From Patescibacteria group bacterium (GTDB taxonomy: Bacteria > Patescibacteriota > Microgenomatia > UBA1400 > CG1-02-47-37), in the NCBI GenBank assembly GCA_034718535.1, contig JAYEMX010000044.1:1-36971 (forward strand): 36,971 nucleotides of DNA, read 5' to 3'. The position numbers and the translations under genes were made by a program. Position 1 is the stretch's first letter, and the number at the start of each line of letters is the position of its first letter. Positions 9,938-18,271 of the stretch are shown one piece after another. The notes beneath the pieces were generated by a model. It saw only the letters and a program-made list of their open reading frames with translations. It was not told where the DNA came from and did not search any database.

Positions 9938-10705
9938 TTATTTTTGGTTTAGAGTGCCACTAACAACTAATTGATATTTATTTTTAAGTCTTTTTTTAGC
10001 CCAGTAACGATTAGAGCGATATAAACTGTGAAAAGTGCCGGCATCTGACCAATAACCTTTTAGTTCTTCCCATTCAAGCTGACCTTTTTTTAGATAAGTA
10101 TTATTAATATCGGTAACCTCAAATTCACCCCTAGTCGATGGTTTTAATTTTTTAATTATATTAAAAACCTGATTGTCAAAAATATAAAGTCCTGTTACCG
10201 CATATGGAGAGACAGGGGTTTTTGGTTTTTCGATAATTTCTTTGATTTTTTTGGGATTATTTTGAAAAAATTTTGGATTACCAAACCTTTCCGGATCAGG
10301 AACTTTTTTTAAGAAAAGGCAGGCTCCTTTTTTAAAGTTTTTAATCGGCTTTTTTATATCAGCATCAGTGGTATTATCGCCTAAGATTACAGTAATTGGG
10401 CCTCCATCGGCAAAATCTTCGGCATAGCTAATAGCATTAGCAATTCCTTTCGAGCCCTCTTCTTGATAAGCATATTCTAGGTGCTCTATTCCAAGATCTT
10501 TCCCGTTTTTTAAAACGTTGATAAATTGACCAGAATGAACATCGCCAGTAACAATAAGAATATTTTTTATGCCGGCATTTACCATGGTTTTAATTGGATA
10601 GTAAATCATTGGCTGGTCATAAATTGGTAAAAGGTGTTTATTGGTGGGAAGAGTAAGCGGGTAAAGTCGTGAACCTTTGCCTCCAGCTAAAATAATACCT
10701 TTCAT
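9938..10705 (-). CDS. rfbA: glucose-1-phosphate thymidylyl/nucleotidyltransferase (short form)
   Basis: MKGIILAGGKGSRLYPLT...NKHLLPIYDQPMIYYPI...ILGDN, the sugar-1-phosphate nucleotidyltransferase signature. Confidence 0.75.
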   Translation of the reverse strand: MKGIILAGGKGSRLYPLTLPTNKHLLPIYDQPMIYYPIKTMVNAGIKNILIVTGDVHSGQFINVLKNGKDLGIEHLEYAYQEEGSKGIANAISYAEDFADGGPITVILGDNTTDADIKKPIKNFKKGACLFLKKVPDPERFGNPKFFQNNPKKIKEIIEKPKTPVSPYAVTGLYIFDNQVFNIIKKLKPSTRGEFEVTDINNTYLKKGQLEWEELKGYWSDAGTFHSLYRSNRYWAKKRLKNKYQLVVSGTLNQK

Positions 10706-10713
10706 AGTCTCCT

Positions 10714-10962
10714 TTAAGCTCTGAGGCTTAAGAAAATTAATATAACGATTGAGAGTAAGCTAATAGTTAAATATTCAAGAATAACCGGTAAATAAAGGGT
10801 TTTATCTTTGACGTGAATTAAGATTCCCCAAAGAAAATAACTTAAGCCTATGATTATTGAAGTAATAATACGAAAGTTTGGAAATTGAAAAAAGATTAAA
10901 CCTAAAAACCCCAAGATTATAGCTAAGGTTAAATAACTGTATGCTGGTTTGATTTTTTTCAT
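10714..10962 (-). CDS. small integral membrane protein
   Basis: 82 aa with three hydrophobic helices and no recognisable motif. It is tightly packed within the operon. Confidence 0.4.
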   Translation of the reverse strand: MKKIKPAYSYLTLAIILGFLGLIFFQFPNFRIITSIIIGLSYFLWGILIHVKDKTLYLPVILEYLTISLLSIVILIFLSLRA

Positions 10963-10963
10963 T

Positions 10964-11797
10964 TTATAAAACTAAACCCGGTTGAACAATTATCAACAGG
11001 AGTAATAGTATACCTAAAAATATTAAATGAGCCAAGCCTCGACCAGATAGTCTGATAATTTTCTTTTTGGCAATGATGAGGCTATCGATAGCGATAATCA
11101 ATAATAAAATTAAGGTTAAACTAATTGACATGGATTTGGTTAAATCAAATGTACTTAATAAAGGCGGAGTGGTAATTTCGGCCAGAACCGCTTCCGCCGG
11201 TTGATCAATTTTACTTGTTTGAGATAAGCTGGTATCAGTTGTAGTTCCAAACATTTGAACCACTAAAGTGGTTTCTTGGCCTTGAAAAGTATCGTGAATA
11301 ACCACAATCCCAATATCTCTATAACGACTAGATAAAATATTATCTCTGTGAGTAGGTGAGTTCATCCAAGCTTTGACAACCGAATTTGAATCTTGAAAAT
11401 CTCTGGCTAAATTTTCACCGGCATATAAATATTTATAGTCGGCTTCTTTGAAAAAACTCCAAGGAGTTTTACCTTCCGGTGAAGTGTGAGCCCAATAGTT
11501 TTTGTTAATCATGTCAGCGGCTTTTTTAGTAGCGGCTTCGACTAAAATTGGATTAAGTTTAAGCTCTCCTAAGCCATTTTCCTTACGTTTTTGATTGGTT
11601 AGTTCAATTAATTCCTGAGTGGTAACTGAAGAAGCTAGACCTAAAACTCCGGGAATAGATTTACCAATAAGGCTAAAAATGATTTGACTGGCCATGATAA
11701 TTATTATGAAAATACTTAAAGAAGAGGCGTGAAGAGATTTAGCTTTATAATTATTCGAAGATCTGGGGGTAAATAAATGGGATAGGGTTTTAATCAT
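10964..11797 (-). CDS. CAP/SCP (YkwD-like) domain protein, membrane anchored
   Basis: N-terminal TM, then NQKRKENGLGELKLN..L..AA..KA.DM....YWAHTSP.G..PW......Y.YAGENLA......VV.AWMNSP.HR.NIL, and C-terminal TM segments. Confidence 0.7.
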   Translation of the reverse strand: MIKTLSHLFTPRSSNNYKAKSLHASSLSIFIIIIMASQIIFSLIGKSIPGVLGLASSVTTQELIELTNQKRKENGLGELKLNPILVEAATKKAADMINKNYWAHTSPEGKTPWSFFKEADYKYLYAGENLARDFQDSNSVVKAWMNSPTHRDNILSSRYRDIGIVVIHDTFQGQETTLVVQMFGTTTDTSLSQTSKIDQPAEAVLAEITTPPLLSTFDLTKSMSISLTLILLLIIAIDSLIIAKKKIIRLSGRGLAHLIFLGILLLLLIIVQPGLVL

Positions 11798-11806
11798 GAA
11801 GTTATT

Positions 11807-12808
11807 TTACCTGACGCGACGGCGATAAAACAAGAAGAGAAGTAAAATAAGTAGAATCAGCAATAAAAGCCAAAGCCATGAAAAAGCGGTTTTTTGGGTG
11901 CCTAAAATTTCCGGGTTACTAGCGGTAATATTTTTTTGATTGATTTCAGCCGAAGAAGTAGCTTTTCCCAAAACTTCAAATCCCGTTGCCGGACCGGGAG
12001 CAATAAAAGCACCTAAAACTCCTCCGGTAGTAGCACTAACTTCATTTGAAGCACTACTGGAACCACAATCAGTTACCGCATAAACAATAAAATAGTAGGT
12101 GGTTCCCGAGGATAATCCGGAAACAGTGTAGTTAGTTACATTTCCTATATTATTAGCTCCGTAAATATACGATCCGGGGTTTAAACCATAAGAAATAGAA
12201 TAGTGAGTAACTGTTTCCGTAGGTGCTGTCCAGCTTAAACTAATCACACTGGAACTGACGGTGGTGGCAGTTAAGTTTGTTGGCGCTGAAGGAACTACAC
12301 ATGTTGCGGGACTGAGGCTAGGGGGCGGTACTAACTCAAAACCTAAATCTAAATTAAAAGCTGTGATGATCTCTCTATAATTATTATCTGCTGATTCCTG
12401 CATGGTAACAGTAAAGTTATAATCTTGACTTTCTCCGGTAGCTATATTTGATAATTTTAAAAATCCATAATTATTGAAATTAGTTAAATTATCTTCATAA
12501 ATATTTATTGTCTCCCCGCTTTTTTTGATACTTATGGTTAAAACATCACTTAGGCCGTTTGTAGGAACTAAATCAACTGTCTCGATAGCAAAATCAGCAT
12601 CCTGATCATAATTGTTAACCCCTTGGATGGTTTTAGTAATATTCCAACCGGGATAAATATTAAGTTCTGAAAATAAAGGACCGGTGGGAGAAGGATTACA
12701 ACCATCACCATCACAGACTATACTTAAATCTTGAGCTAATACCGGTTTTCTGCCAAAGGCTAAAATATTAAGTAAAAGTATGAAGAAAATAAATATCTTT
12801 TTTTTCAT
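11807..12808 (-). CDS. secreted Fn3-domain protein with C-terminal hydrophobic anchor and basic tail
   Basis: Signal peptide, then PSAPTNLTATTVSSSVISLSWTAP...YSISYG...YTVSGLSSGTTYYFIVYAV (Fn3). The protein ends WLWLLLLILLILLLFLFYRRRVR. Confidence 0.6.
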   Translation of the reverse strand: MKKKIFIFFILLLNILAFGRKPVLAQDLSIVCDGDGCNPSPTGPLFSELNIYPGWNITKTIQGVNNYDQDADFAIETVDLVPTNGLSDVLTISIKKSGETINIYEDNLTNFNNYGFLKLSNIATGESQDYNFTVTMQESADNNYREIITAFNLDLGFELVPPPSLSPATCVVPSAPTNLTATTVSSSVISLSWTAPTETVTHYSISYGLNPGSYIYGANNIGNVTNYTVSGLSSGTTYYFIVYAVTDCGSSSASNEVSATTGGVLGAFIAPGPATGFEVLGKATSSAEINQKNITASNPEILGTQKTAFSWLWLLLLILLILLLFLFYRRRVR

Positions 12809-12812
12809 AAAA

Positions 12813-15536
12813 TTAGTAATTTAAGGTTTTTTCTAAAATTGTATCGGGCATATTTGTGCCAGTTAAAGTAATTTTTAAATTGATAGTTTCTATACTTTGA
12901 TGATATACGCATACTTTTCCCAATGAAGAACAAATAGCAAGTTTTAGATCATCCCGAGTAATAATATTTTGTCCTTTAATTTCAATCTTACCTATAATAC
13001 CTTGTGGTCCTTGATCAGAATCATAGGTAATTTCATAGTTTAAATCATCCCAATCATTAATATTAAAAGTGATAAAACCAACTGATTTTTTATCCTGAGA
13101 TAAAGAAAAATTAACTTTTAGTTCATTATCAGAGCGATTTTTTCCTCCCGGTGTACCTTGCTCTATTGCTTCTTTATCCCAATATTCAACGGTAGTTAAA
13201 GCATCTTCGCAATCATGCCAATTACTTGCAATAGTTCCGTCGTCAGGGTCTTCGTTTCTTTCCATTGACCACTTATTGTCATCATTTATACCGGCTGGCC
13301 AAGCCTGGTTTTTCCAAGCAGTATCGATAATTTCATCAAAAGTATTTTTTAATATTAATTCTTCTCCGTCATTGTCAAGATTAAGACTGGCTGTTACCCA
13401 ATCCGGAATAACATTAATATTTGAGTCGTCTTTGTTGGAATTAGAAATCAAAAAGTATCCATTGGCGGGAATTATACTGAGGTTTGGAATAGTTAAATCA
13501 ACTCCCAAATTTCCACCATTAGTTATTTGCCAGTTGGAGAGATCAATATCTTGATTAGTAGTATTTCTTAATTCTATCCATTCGTCAGTGGTTGATTTTG
13601 TCGACCCCATCCACATTAGTTCGTTAATGACCACATCTCCCGAGAATATTTCTTCCGATGGTTCTTTTTCTAAAGTTGTTGCGAAAACAATATCAGATAG
13701 GTCTGAACAATTTACGGACGCATCGCAAGTTTTAATTGCAAAACAATAACCTGTTTCGGGGGTCAGTCCGGTAATTTCAAAATATTCAGATTCATCGGGA
13801 AATTTTGGAACCGGAGGCTTGTTAACTTTATTAGCTAAATCCCAATCGTTAATATCGCAAACTCCGGAAAATTCTTCCCAGTAACGAATGTCATAAGAAG
13901 TAAGCCTGGTTGAATTTGTATCTATAATATCCGCCGGAGCTGTCCAAGATAAAATAACAGAAGTATCATCAATGTCATCATCAGAATATATTTCTAAATC
14001 AATAATATTTTCAGGCGATTCATTGTCTAAATGGACTTTGATTAAATTAGGTGTTTCTATATTGCCAGCTTCATCAATTGAACGATAATAAATATTATAT
14101 TTGCCAGAAATGCTAGTATAGTTAATTGTAAAAAACTCTTCTGTTTCTTCTAAATAAATCCAATCGTCTGGATTTATTTCAATGCCATCATTTTGTATTT
14201 GATATTGTCTAGTAGCTCCTGGTTCATTACTTGAGAGATAAAATTCGGTAAATTCGTTGGCTACAACTTCCGTAGTGGTTACTTTATCTAAATAAACCCA
14301 GGATTGACTATAATAATCCAAATCCATACCATTTGTGTTGCCCGCGTAAAAAGATATCCCCAAAGAATCATCTTCAAACTGAGTTAAATCAATATATGCT
14401 TGTTGCCAGCCAGTAGAATAAGTTTCAGCTTCATTGTCATAGTAACCGGTATCGTATAAATCGTCTTGATAATAATCCACATCAAAAGCATTGAGATTAA
14501 AAACTTGTTGACCGTTAATAACTGCACTAAATCCAGGTTCATCCCAAGGATAAGAATCATATGTGTAAAAGTTGTACCAAAAGCTTAAATTTTTAGCTCT
14601 CGAAGAAATGCTTTGACCTAAACCGTTTAACCAAATTTCATTTCCCGGATCAGTTGTTCTGCCAATTTTCGCATTTTGAGTGCCTTGTTTTGCGGTTGAC
14701 TCAAATTCGCTACTTAATCTTTCCGTATCCCCTCGTTCCGTCCAGTCGGCAATTGAACCACCTGTTTCAAAACCACTATTTTCTATTTTTTCGTCAACAA
14801 CTAAGCCATTGTCAACTGTTAAAGTTGTTTCCGGCACCATCCAGTCATCAGCCATAGAAATAGTGATTCCGGAAATAGTTATAGTGTCGGAAAAATAAGC
14901 GTTAGTCGGTGTAATTTGAAAAAAGCTAATTCCAAATAACCAAAAAATTAATATTTTAAGTTTATTTTTCGAGCTCTTTTTTTTATTTTTTTTAACTTGT
15001 AAATACTTTTTTTCCACTTCTTTTTCAATTGTTTTTTTGATATTTAAAATCTCACTGAGAATAATTAAGACTGCCGGTAAAACAACCAAAAGCCCAAAAC
15101 CCAAGGGTTTTTTTGTCCAAACAGATAAATAACCTAAAAGGGGTAAGGAAAAAATAACTTTTCCCTTTATTTGCGAGGGTTTAATTTCAGCTATATCTTG
15201 AGAACTATTAGCATCACCTTTGGTTGTATAAATAGTTTTATTGTCTTGGCTATTAATTTCGATTAACCGGTGAGTAATAGAAATATTGGGATTATCTTTA
15301 GAGGTGTATGTGATAATGTCATCTTTTTTTAAAATACTTGGATTAATTTTTTGAGAAATAATAACTGATCCTGTTTTGATCGCAGGTTCCATTGAGCCGG
15401 ACATTACTCTTAAAACTTGAAATTTTTTAACCGGATTAAAAGCGGTAAAAATTAAAAGTAAAACAACTAAAGTTAAAGCCACGGTTAAAATCGACTGAAA
15501 AATATTAGCTATTTTTTTAAGTTTTTTATTAATCAT
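12813..15536 (-). CDS. SipW-type (S26B) signal peptidase fused to a TasA-type leader and a large CBM-like/Fn3/lamin-tail-domain surface protein
   Basis: Residues about 45-130 read VMSGSMEP...ITHRL...KGDANS (S26B Ser/His motifs). A TM follows, then KKSSKNKLKILIFWLFGISFFQITPTNAYFSDTITISG (AYFSD is encoded at 14886-14900). Next come NSGFETGG (CBM-like), ILSWTAP...YDIRY (Fn3) and VVINELMWMG...DEWIELRN...LSNWQI...GYFLI (LTD, roughly 13140-13650). Confidence 0.7.
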   Translation of the reverse strand: MINKKLKKIANIFQSILTVALTLVVLLLIFTAFNPVKKFQVLRVMSGSMEPAIKTGSVIISQKINPSILKKDDIITYTSKDNPNISITHRLIEINSQDNKTIYTTKGDANSSQDIAEIKPSQIKGKVIFSLPLLGYLSVWTKKPLGFGLLVVLPAVLIILSEILNIKKTIEKEVEKKYLQVKKNKKKSSKNKLKILIFWLFGISFFQITPTNAYFSDTITISGITISMADDWMVPETTLTVDNGLVVDEKIENSGFETGGSIADWTERGDTERLSSEFESTAKQGTQNAKIGRTTDPGNEIWLNGLGQSISSRAKNLSFWYNFYTYDSYPWDEPGFSAVINGQQVFNLNAFDVDYYQDDLYDTGYYDNEAETYSTGWQQAYIDLTQFEDDSLGISFYAGNTNGMDLDYYSQSWVYLDKVTTTEVVANEFTEFYLSSNEPGATRQYQIQNDGIEINPDDWIYLEETEEFFTINYTSISGKYNIYYRSIDEAGNIETPNLIKVHLDNESPENIIDLEIYSDDDIDDTSVILSWTAPADIIDTNSTRLTSYDIRYWEEFSGVCDINDWDLANKVNKPPVPKFPDESEYFEITGLTPETGYCFAIKTCDASVNCSDLSDIVFATTLEKEPSEEIFSGDVVINELMWMGSTKSTTDEWIELRNTTNQDIDLSNWQITNGGNLGVDLTIPNLSIIPANGYFLISNSNKDDSNINVIPDWVTASLNLDNDGEELILKNTFDEIIDTAWKNQAWPAGINDDNKWSMERNEDPDDGTIASNWHDCEDALTTVEYWDKEAIEQGTPGGKNRSDNELKVNFSLSQDKKSVGFITFNINDWDDLNYEITYDSDQGPQGIIGKIEIKGQNIITRDDLKLAICSSLGKVCVYHQSIETINLKITLTGTNMPDTILEKTLNY

Positions 15537-15618
15537 AATTTAAAACCTTTATCGATTGCTTAAATCGGATTTATAAAAACCCTTTTTAAGCAATCTAAAA
15601 AGCATTAACTTGTTTAAG

Positions 15619-16230
15619 TTATTGAACTTGTTCTCCAATAATTTCCCAAGTTACACCAGTTAAACTCTTGCCTTGAATATCATTTCCGGCATCACTTTTC
15701 ACTCGTGCTTCTATAGTGTAGTTATGAGAATTAGCTACACCATCTGAACTAGCTTCGACTGTAATTCCAGTTGTGTTAGAAATGGGTCTTAATTCACTGT
15801 TCCACCATTCTAATGTTTGCCAACCCAAAGAGTAATTACCATCATTCAAATCGGTAATTTTAATTTCAATTTGATCTTTTAAAAGAGACCAATCATCTCC
15901 ATTTAGACTGGTTGCAGCAGTTAAACGAGTATAGGGTCTGAGGTCAATAGGACTACCGCTTATATTTCTGAGCCAAATATTACCACTGGCTTCAAAGTCT
16001 GGATAAAGACCCGGAATAGTTAAATTCAAGTCAATCAAATCAGTGCTATTTGTATCATAGCCAGAATCAGTATTATCGGTTGTATGATTTGATTCCAAAT
16101 CCGCAGTTCCCATAGCTATGGTAACTCCGGTAACAGTAACCGTATCGTTAAAATAAGCGATTGTGGCACTGGTTACACCGGCAATTGTTAAAGCAATCAT
16201 GCTTAAACTTATAATTATTTTTTTTGTCAT
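15619..16230 (-). CDS. TasA/camelysin-like secreted protein with SipW-dependent-type signal peptide
   Basis: MTKKIIISLSMIALTIAGVTSATIAYFNDTVTVTGVTIAMGTADLE, that is, the A-x-F-(S/N)-D motif followed by GT.DL, as in TasA-family leaders. Confidence 0.65.
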   Translation of the reverse strand: MTKKIIISLSMIALTIAGVTSATIAYFNDTVTVTGVTIAMGTADLESNHTTDNTDSGYDTNSTDLIDLNLTIPGLYPDFEASGNIWLRNISGSPIDLRPYTRLTAATSLNGDDWSLLKDQIEIKITDLNDGNYSLGWQTLEWWNSELRPISNTTGITVEASSDGVANSHNYTIEARVKSDAGNDIQGKSLTGVTWEIIGEQVQ

Positions 16231-16290
16231 TTATTTTCACCTTCTTTCAAATAAAACTAAATTTTTAATAAAAGTGGGCAGGTTTTTGGT

Positions 16291-16860
16291 TTAAATTATC
16301 TGAATGCCGTCAAAAATTAAATCAAAGATAATACTACCGTCTTTAATTTCATTGCCCGCATTTTCAGATATACTAAAATTAACCACCCATGGACCGGCTT
16401 CGGCATCTTTAGCTAAAGTTGGTTCTAGGTAAGTGCTGGAATTTTCTCTCCATACTCTCAGGCTATATTTGCCTGTTGAATGACTTCCGTCACTCCAAGT
16501 AATTTCCATAAAAACATCGTCCCATAAGTCTGCAATGTCATAACTGGTAATATCAACAGTTGGGAGAATTTTTAAAGTAATGGGTGAACTGCTTTCGTTT
16601 TTTAGATAAATCCAATAAGAGTCTTCCCAGCCCGGATAAAGATTAGTCCATCTTTCCGGAAATGCCGGAGTGGTTGAGTCGTCCCAAGCACTTTTTTGAC
16701 CATCTTTGTCAGTGTCAATGGCAATTTTTAAATCAGCATTACCTGTAGCAAAAGTGTTAGGTCCACTGGTTGCTTTGTCGGAAAAAGCAGCGTAAACAGC
16801 ACCAGCGACTAAACTTATAATGGTAGTAATAGCAAAAATACTTAAAAGTATTTTTTTCAT
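16291..16860 (-). CDS. TasA/camelysin-like secreted protein with SipW-dependent-type signal peptide
   Basis: MKKILLSIFAITTIISLVAGAVYAAFSDKATSGPNTFATGNADLKI, plus LYPGW...YL.N.S..PI, which it shares with its neighbour paralog. Confidence 0.65.
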   Translation of the reverse strand: MKKILLSIFAITTIISLVAGAVYAAFSDKATSGPNTFATGNADLKIAIDTDKDGQKSAWDDSTTPAFPERWTNLYPGWEDSYWIYLKNESSSPITLKILPTVDITSYDIADLWDDVFMEITWSDGSHSTGKYSLRVWRENSSTYLEPTLAKDAEAGPWVVNFSISENAGNEIKDGSIIFDLIFDGIQII

Positions 16861-16881
16861 TTTGTTTTCACCCCCTTTAAC

Positions 16882-16905
16882 AAAAAACCGACCAAATGGT
16901 CGGTT
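16882..16905 (-). terminator. hairpin plus U-run between the RAYT-like gene and the tasA-like operon
   Basis: The minus strand reads AACCGACCAUUUGGUCGGUU followed by UUUUUUG. A second, weaker hairpin with U7 lies at 16947-16971. Confidence 0.45.
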
Positions 16906-17031
16906 AAGATTTATTTATAGTATTTGTTTATTAACTGTATTCATTTAAAAAAACCCAGTTTTTTTCCTGGGCAGGTAAAATTATTTAATACTATAACTTA
17001 TGCTATGTCAATAACCTAGAGTATTTGATTA

Positions 17032-17058
17032 TATATTTAAGGTTCGGAACCTTAAATA
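17032..17058. repeat. 27-nt palindromic element, copy 1 (REP-like hairpin)
   Basis: TATATTTAAGGTTCGGAACCTTAAATA is identical to 17492-17518. It self-pairs (TTTAAGGTT / AACCTTAAA, loop CGG) and overlaps the stop codon of the RAYT-like ORF. Confidence 0.9.
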
Positions 17059-17534
17059 TTTTCTAAAATTAAAGTTTTGATTTGATTAGTTTCTTTTTCT
17101 TTCATATTAGCTTCTACATACTTTTGATAATTTTGTTGAAATTTAAATATATATTCTGGGTGTAACCATTCTGGTAATTTAACTTTGTTAATAAAGGCTG
17201 GGTAAGAAGAATGAGTGTAGTTTGAAAGTTTCTTGGTTAATTTTTGGGGATTTTGGTGAATATATTTAGAAAGATAGAGAAGTTGCTTGTCTGAATCTAT
17301 GGTAACATTTTTAAATTTGCTTTCAAAAAGTGTACCAGTATGTTTATATTTATATTGAAAATACATGGCGTAAGTAATAGTTAATCGTCTCATTAAATTA
17401 GAAATATTAGTTTTTTTATCAGCTTCAGGGAGTTGTTTTAAAATTAAATGGAAGTGATTAGGCATTAAACAATAAGCAACTAAATGAACAGTATATTTAA
17501 GGTTCGGAACCTTAAATAGATTTGGAAACAACAA
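17052..17534 (-). mobile_element. IS200/IS605-like Y1 (RAYT / COG1943-type) transposase homolog, N-terminally truncated
   Basis: VHLVAYCLMPNHFHLILK (HuH motif), ...MRRLT..Y...F..KY...G.LFE..FK...ID.D..LLYLSKYIHQNP (the Tyr-helix region). About 45 N-terminal residues of the family are absent. The track start is a TTG, and codons 7-15 are encoded by the palindrome itself. Confidence 0.65.
17492..17518. repeat. 27-nt palindromic element, copy 2
   Basis: Identical to 17032-17058. It lies inside the 5' end of the RAYT-like ORF. Confidence 0.9.
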
Positions 17535-17587
17535 AACATTTTGGCGAGGTTAAGCGCCAAAGTGTTAAGTTTTTGTTTATTGACTAA

Positions 17588-17911
17588 CTAAGCTGCAGTA
17601 GTTGCCTTGGTTGGAGGAGTGGCTGCAGATGCAGGAGTGTCAGTAGCTGGGTGACTAACAGGAGTTACGGGAGTATCTGTTGTTGGGGTTGGGGTTGGAG
17701 TAACTGGTGTGTCTGTTGCAGGAACATCAGGGGTTGGAGTTGGAGTAACTGGTGTGTCTCCTGGTAAGGTGGGTTCTGCTGGTACATCAGCTGGAGTTAC
17801 GGGAGTATCTGTTGTTGGGGTTGGGGTTGGAGTAACTGGTGTGTCTGTTGCAGGAACATCAGGGGTTGGAGTTGGAGTAACTGGTGTTACTGGGTTTTGT
17901 TGATCGTCCAT
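17588..17911 (-). CDS. Pro/Thr-rich repeat protein (low complexity, no signal peptide)
   Basis: 107 aa made of (TPVTPTPTP / DVPATD) units, with a 132-nt tandem duplication at the nucleotide level (about 17661-17890). The antisense ORF 17709-17903 is a shadow. Confidence 0.45.
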   Translation of the reverse strand: MDDQQNPVTPVTPTPTPDVPATDTPVTPTPTPTTDTPVTPADVPAEPTLPGDTPVTPTPTPDVPATDTPVTPTPTPTTDTPVTPVSHPATDTPASAATPPTKATTAA

Positions 17912-17963
17912 TTAAAAACTCACCTCCTTTGTAATATAACTACTATACTTTGAAAACTCAGGA

Positions 17964-18197
17964 TTATGCAAGTTTAAAATCGATCGGTATATATAAGGCT
18001 CCGCGAGTAACGCCTAGTTTTTTAATAAAACCTTTTTTGATTAGATGTTTAAGGTCGTAATGAATGCTTCTTTTGGAAGTGCTTATAAAACGACGTTTTA
18101 TAAAATCAAAAGAAACTATTTTATGAGTAGTAATAACTCTAAGAATTTCTCTTCTTCTAAGCAGTAAAGTATCCGGGTCAGGCAGAATAATAGACAT
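17964..18197 (-). CDS. small winged-helix (DeoR/Fic-C-terminal-like) DNA-binding protein
   Basis: ...FDFIKRRFISTSKRSIHYDLKHLIKKGFIKKLGVTRGALY, an HTH followed by a wing. Confidence 0.5.
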   Translation of the reverse strand: MSIILPDPDTLLLRRREILRVITTHKIVSFDFIKRRFISTSKRSIHYDLKHLIKKGFIKKLGVTRGALYIPIDFKLA

Positions 18198-18218
18198 AAT
18201 TAATTTGTATCACTTCTT

Positions 18219-18258
18219 GCAAGATATTGCAAGATATTGCGAAATAATTCAAGATATT
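18219..18258. promoter_or_regulatory. three direct copies of CAAGATATT upstream of the wHTH gene (candidate operator)
   Basis: GCAAGATATT occurs at 18219-18228 and 18229-18238, and TCAAGATATT at 18249-18258. All lie within 60 nt of the wHTH start codon (18197). Confidence 0.4.
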
Positions 18259-18271
18259 ATAAGGATAATAA

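Noticed and set aside
17640-17890. Possible CRISPR array, suggested by the regular repeats here and at 35768-35975.
   Set aside because: The repeats are contiguous, in-frame coding tandem repeats (Pro/Thr and Pro/Ser) with no unique spacers. No cas genes are present.
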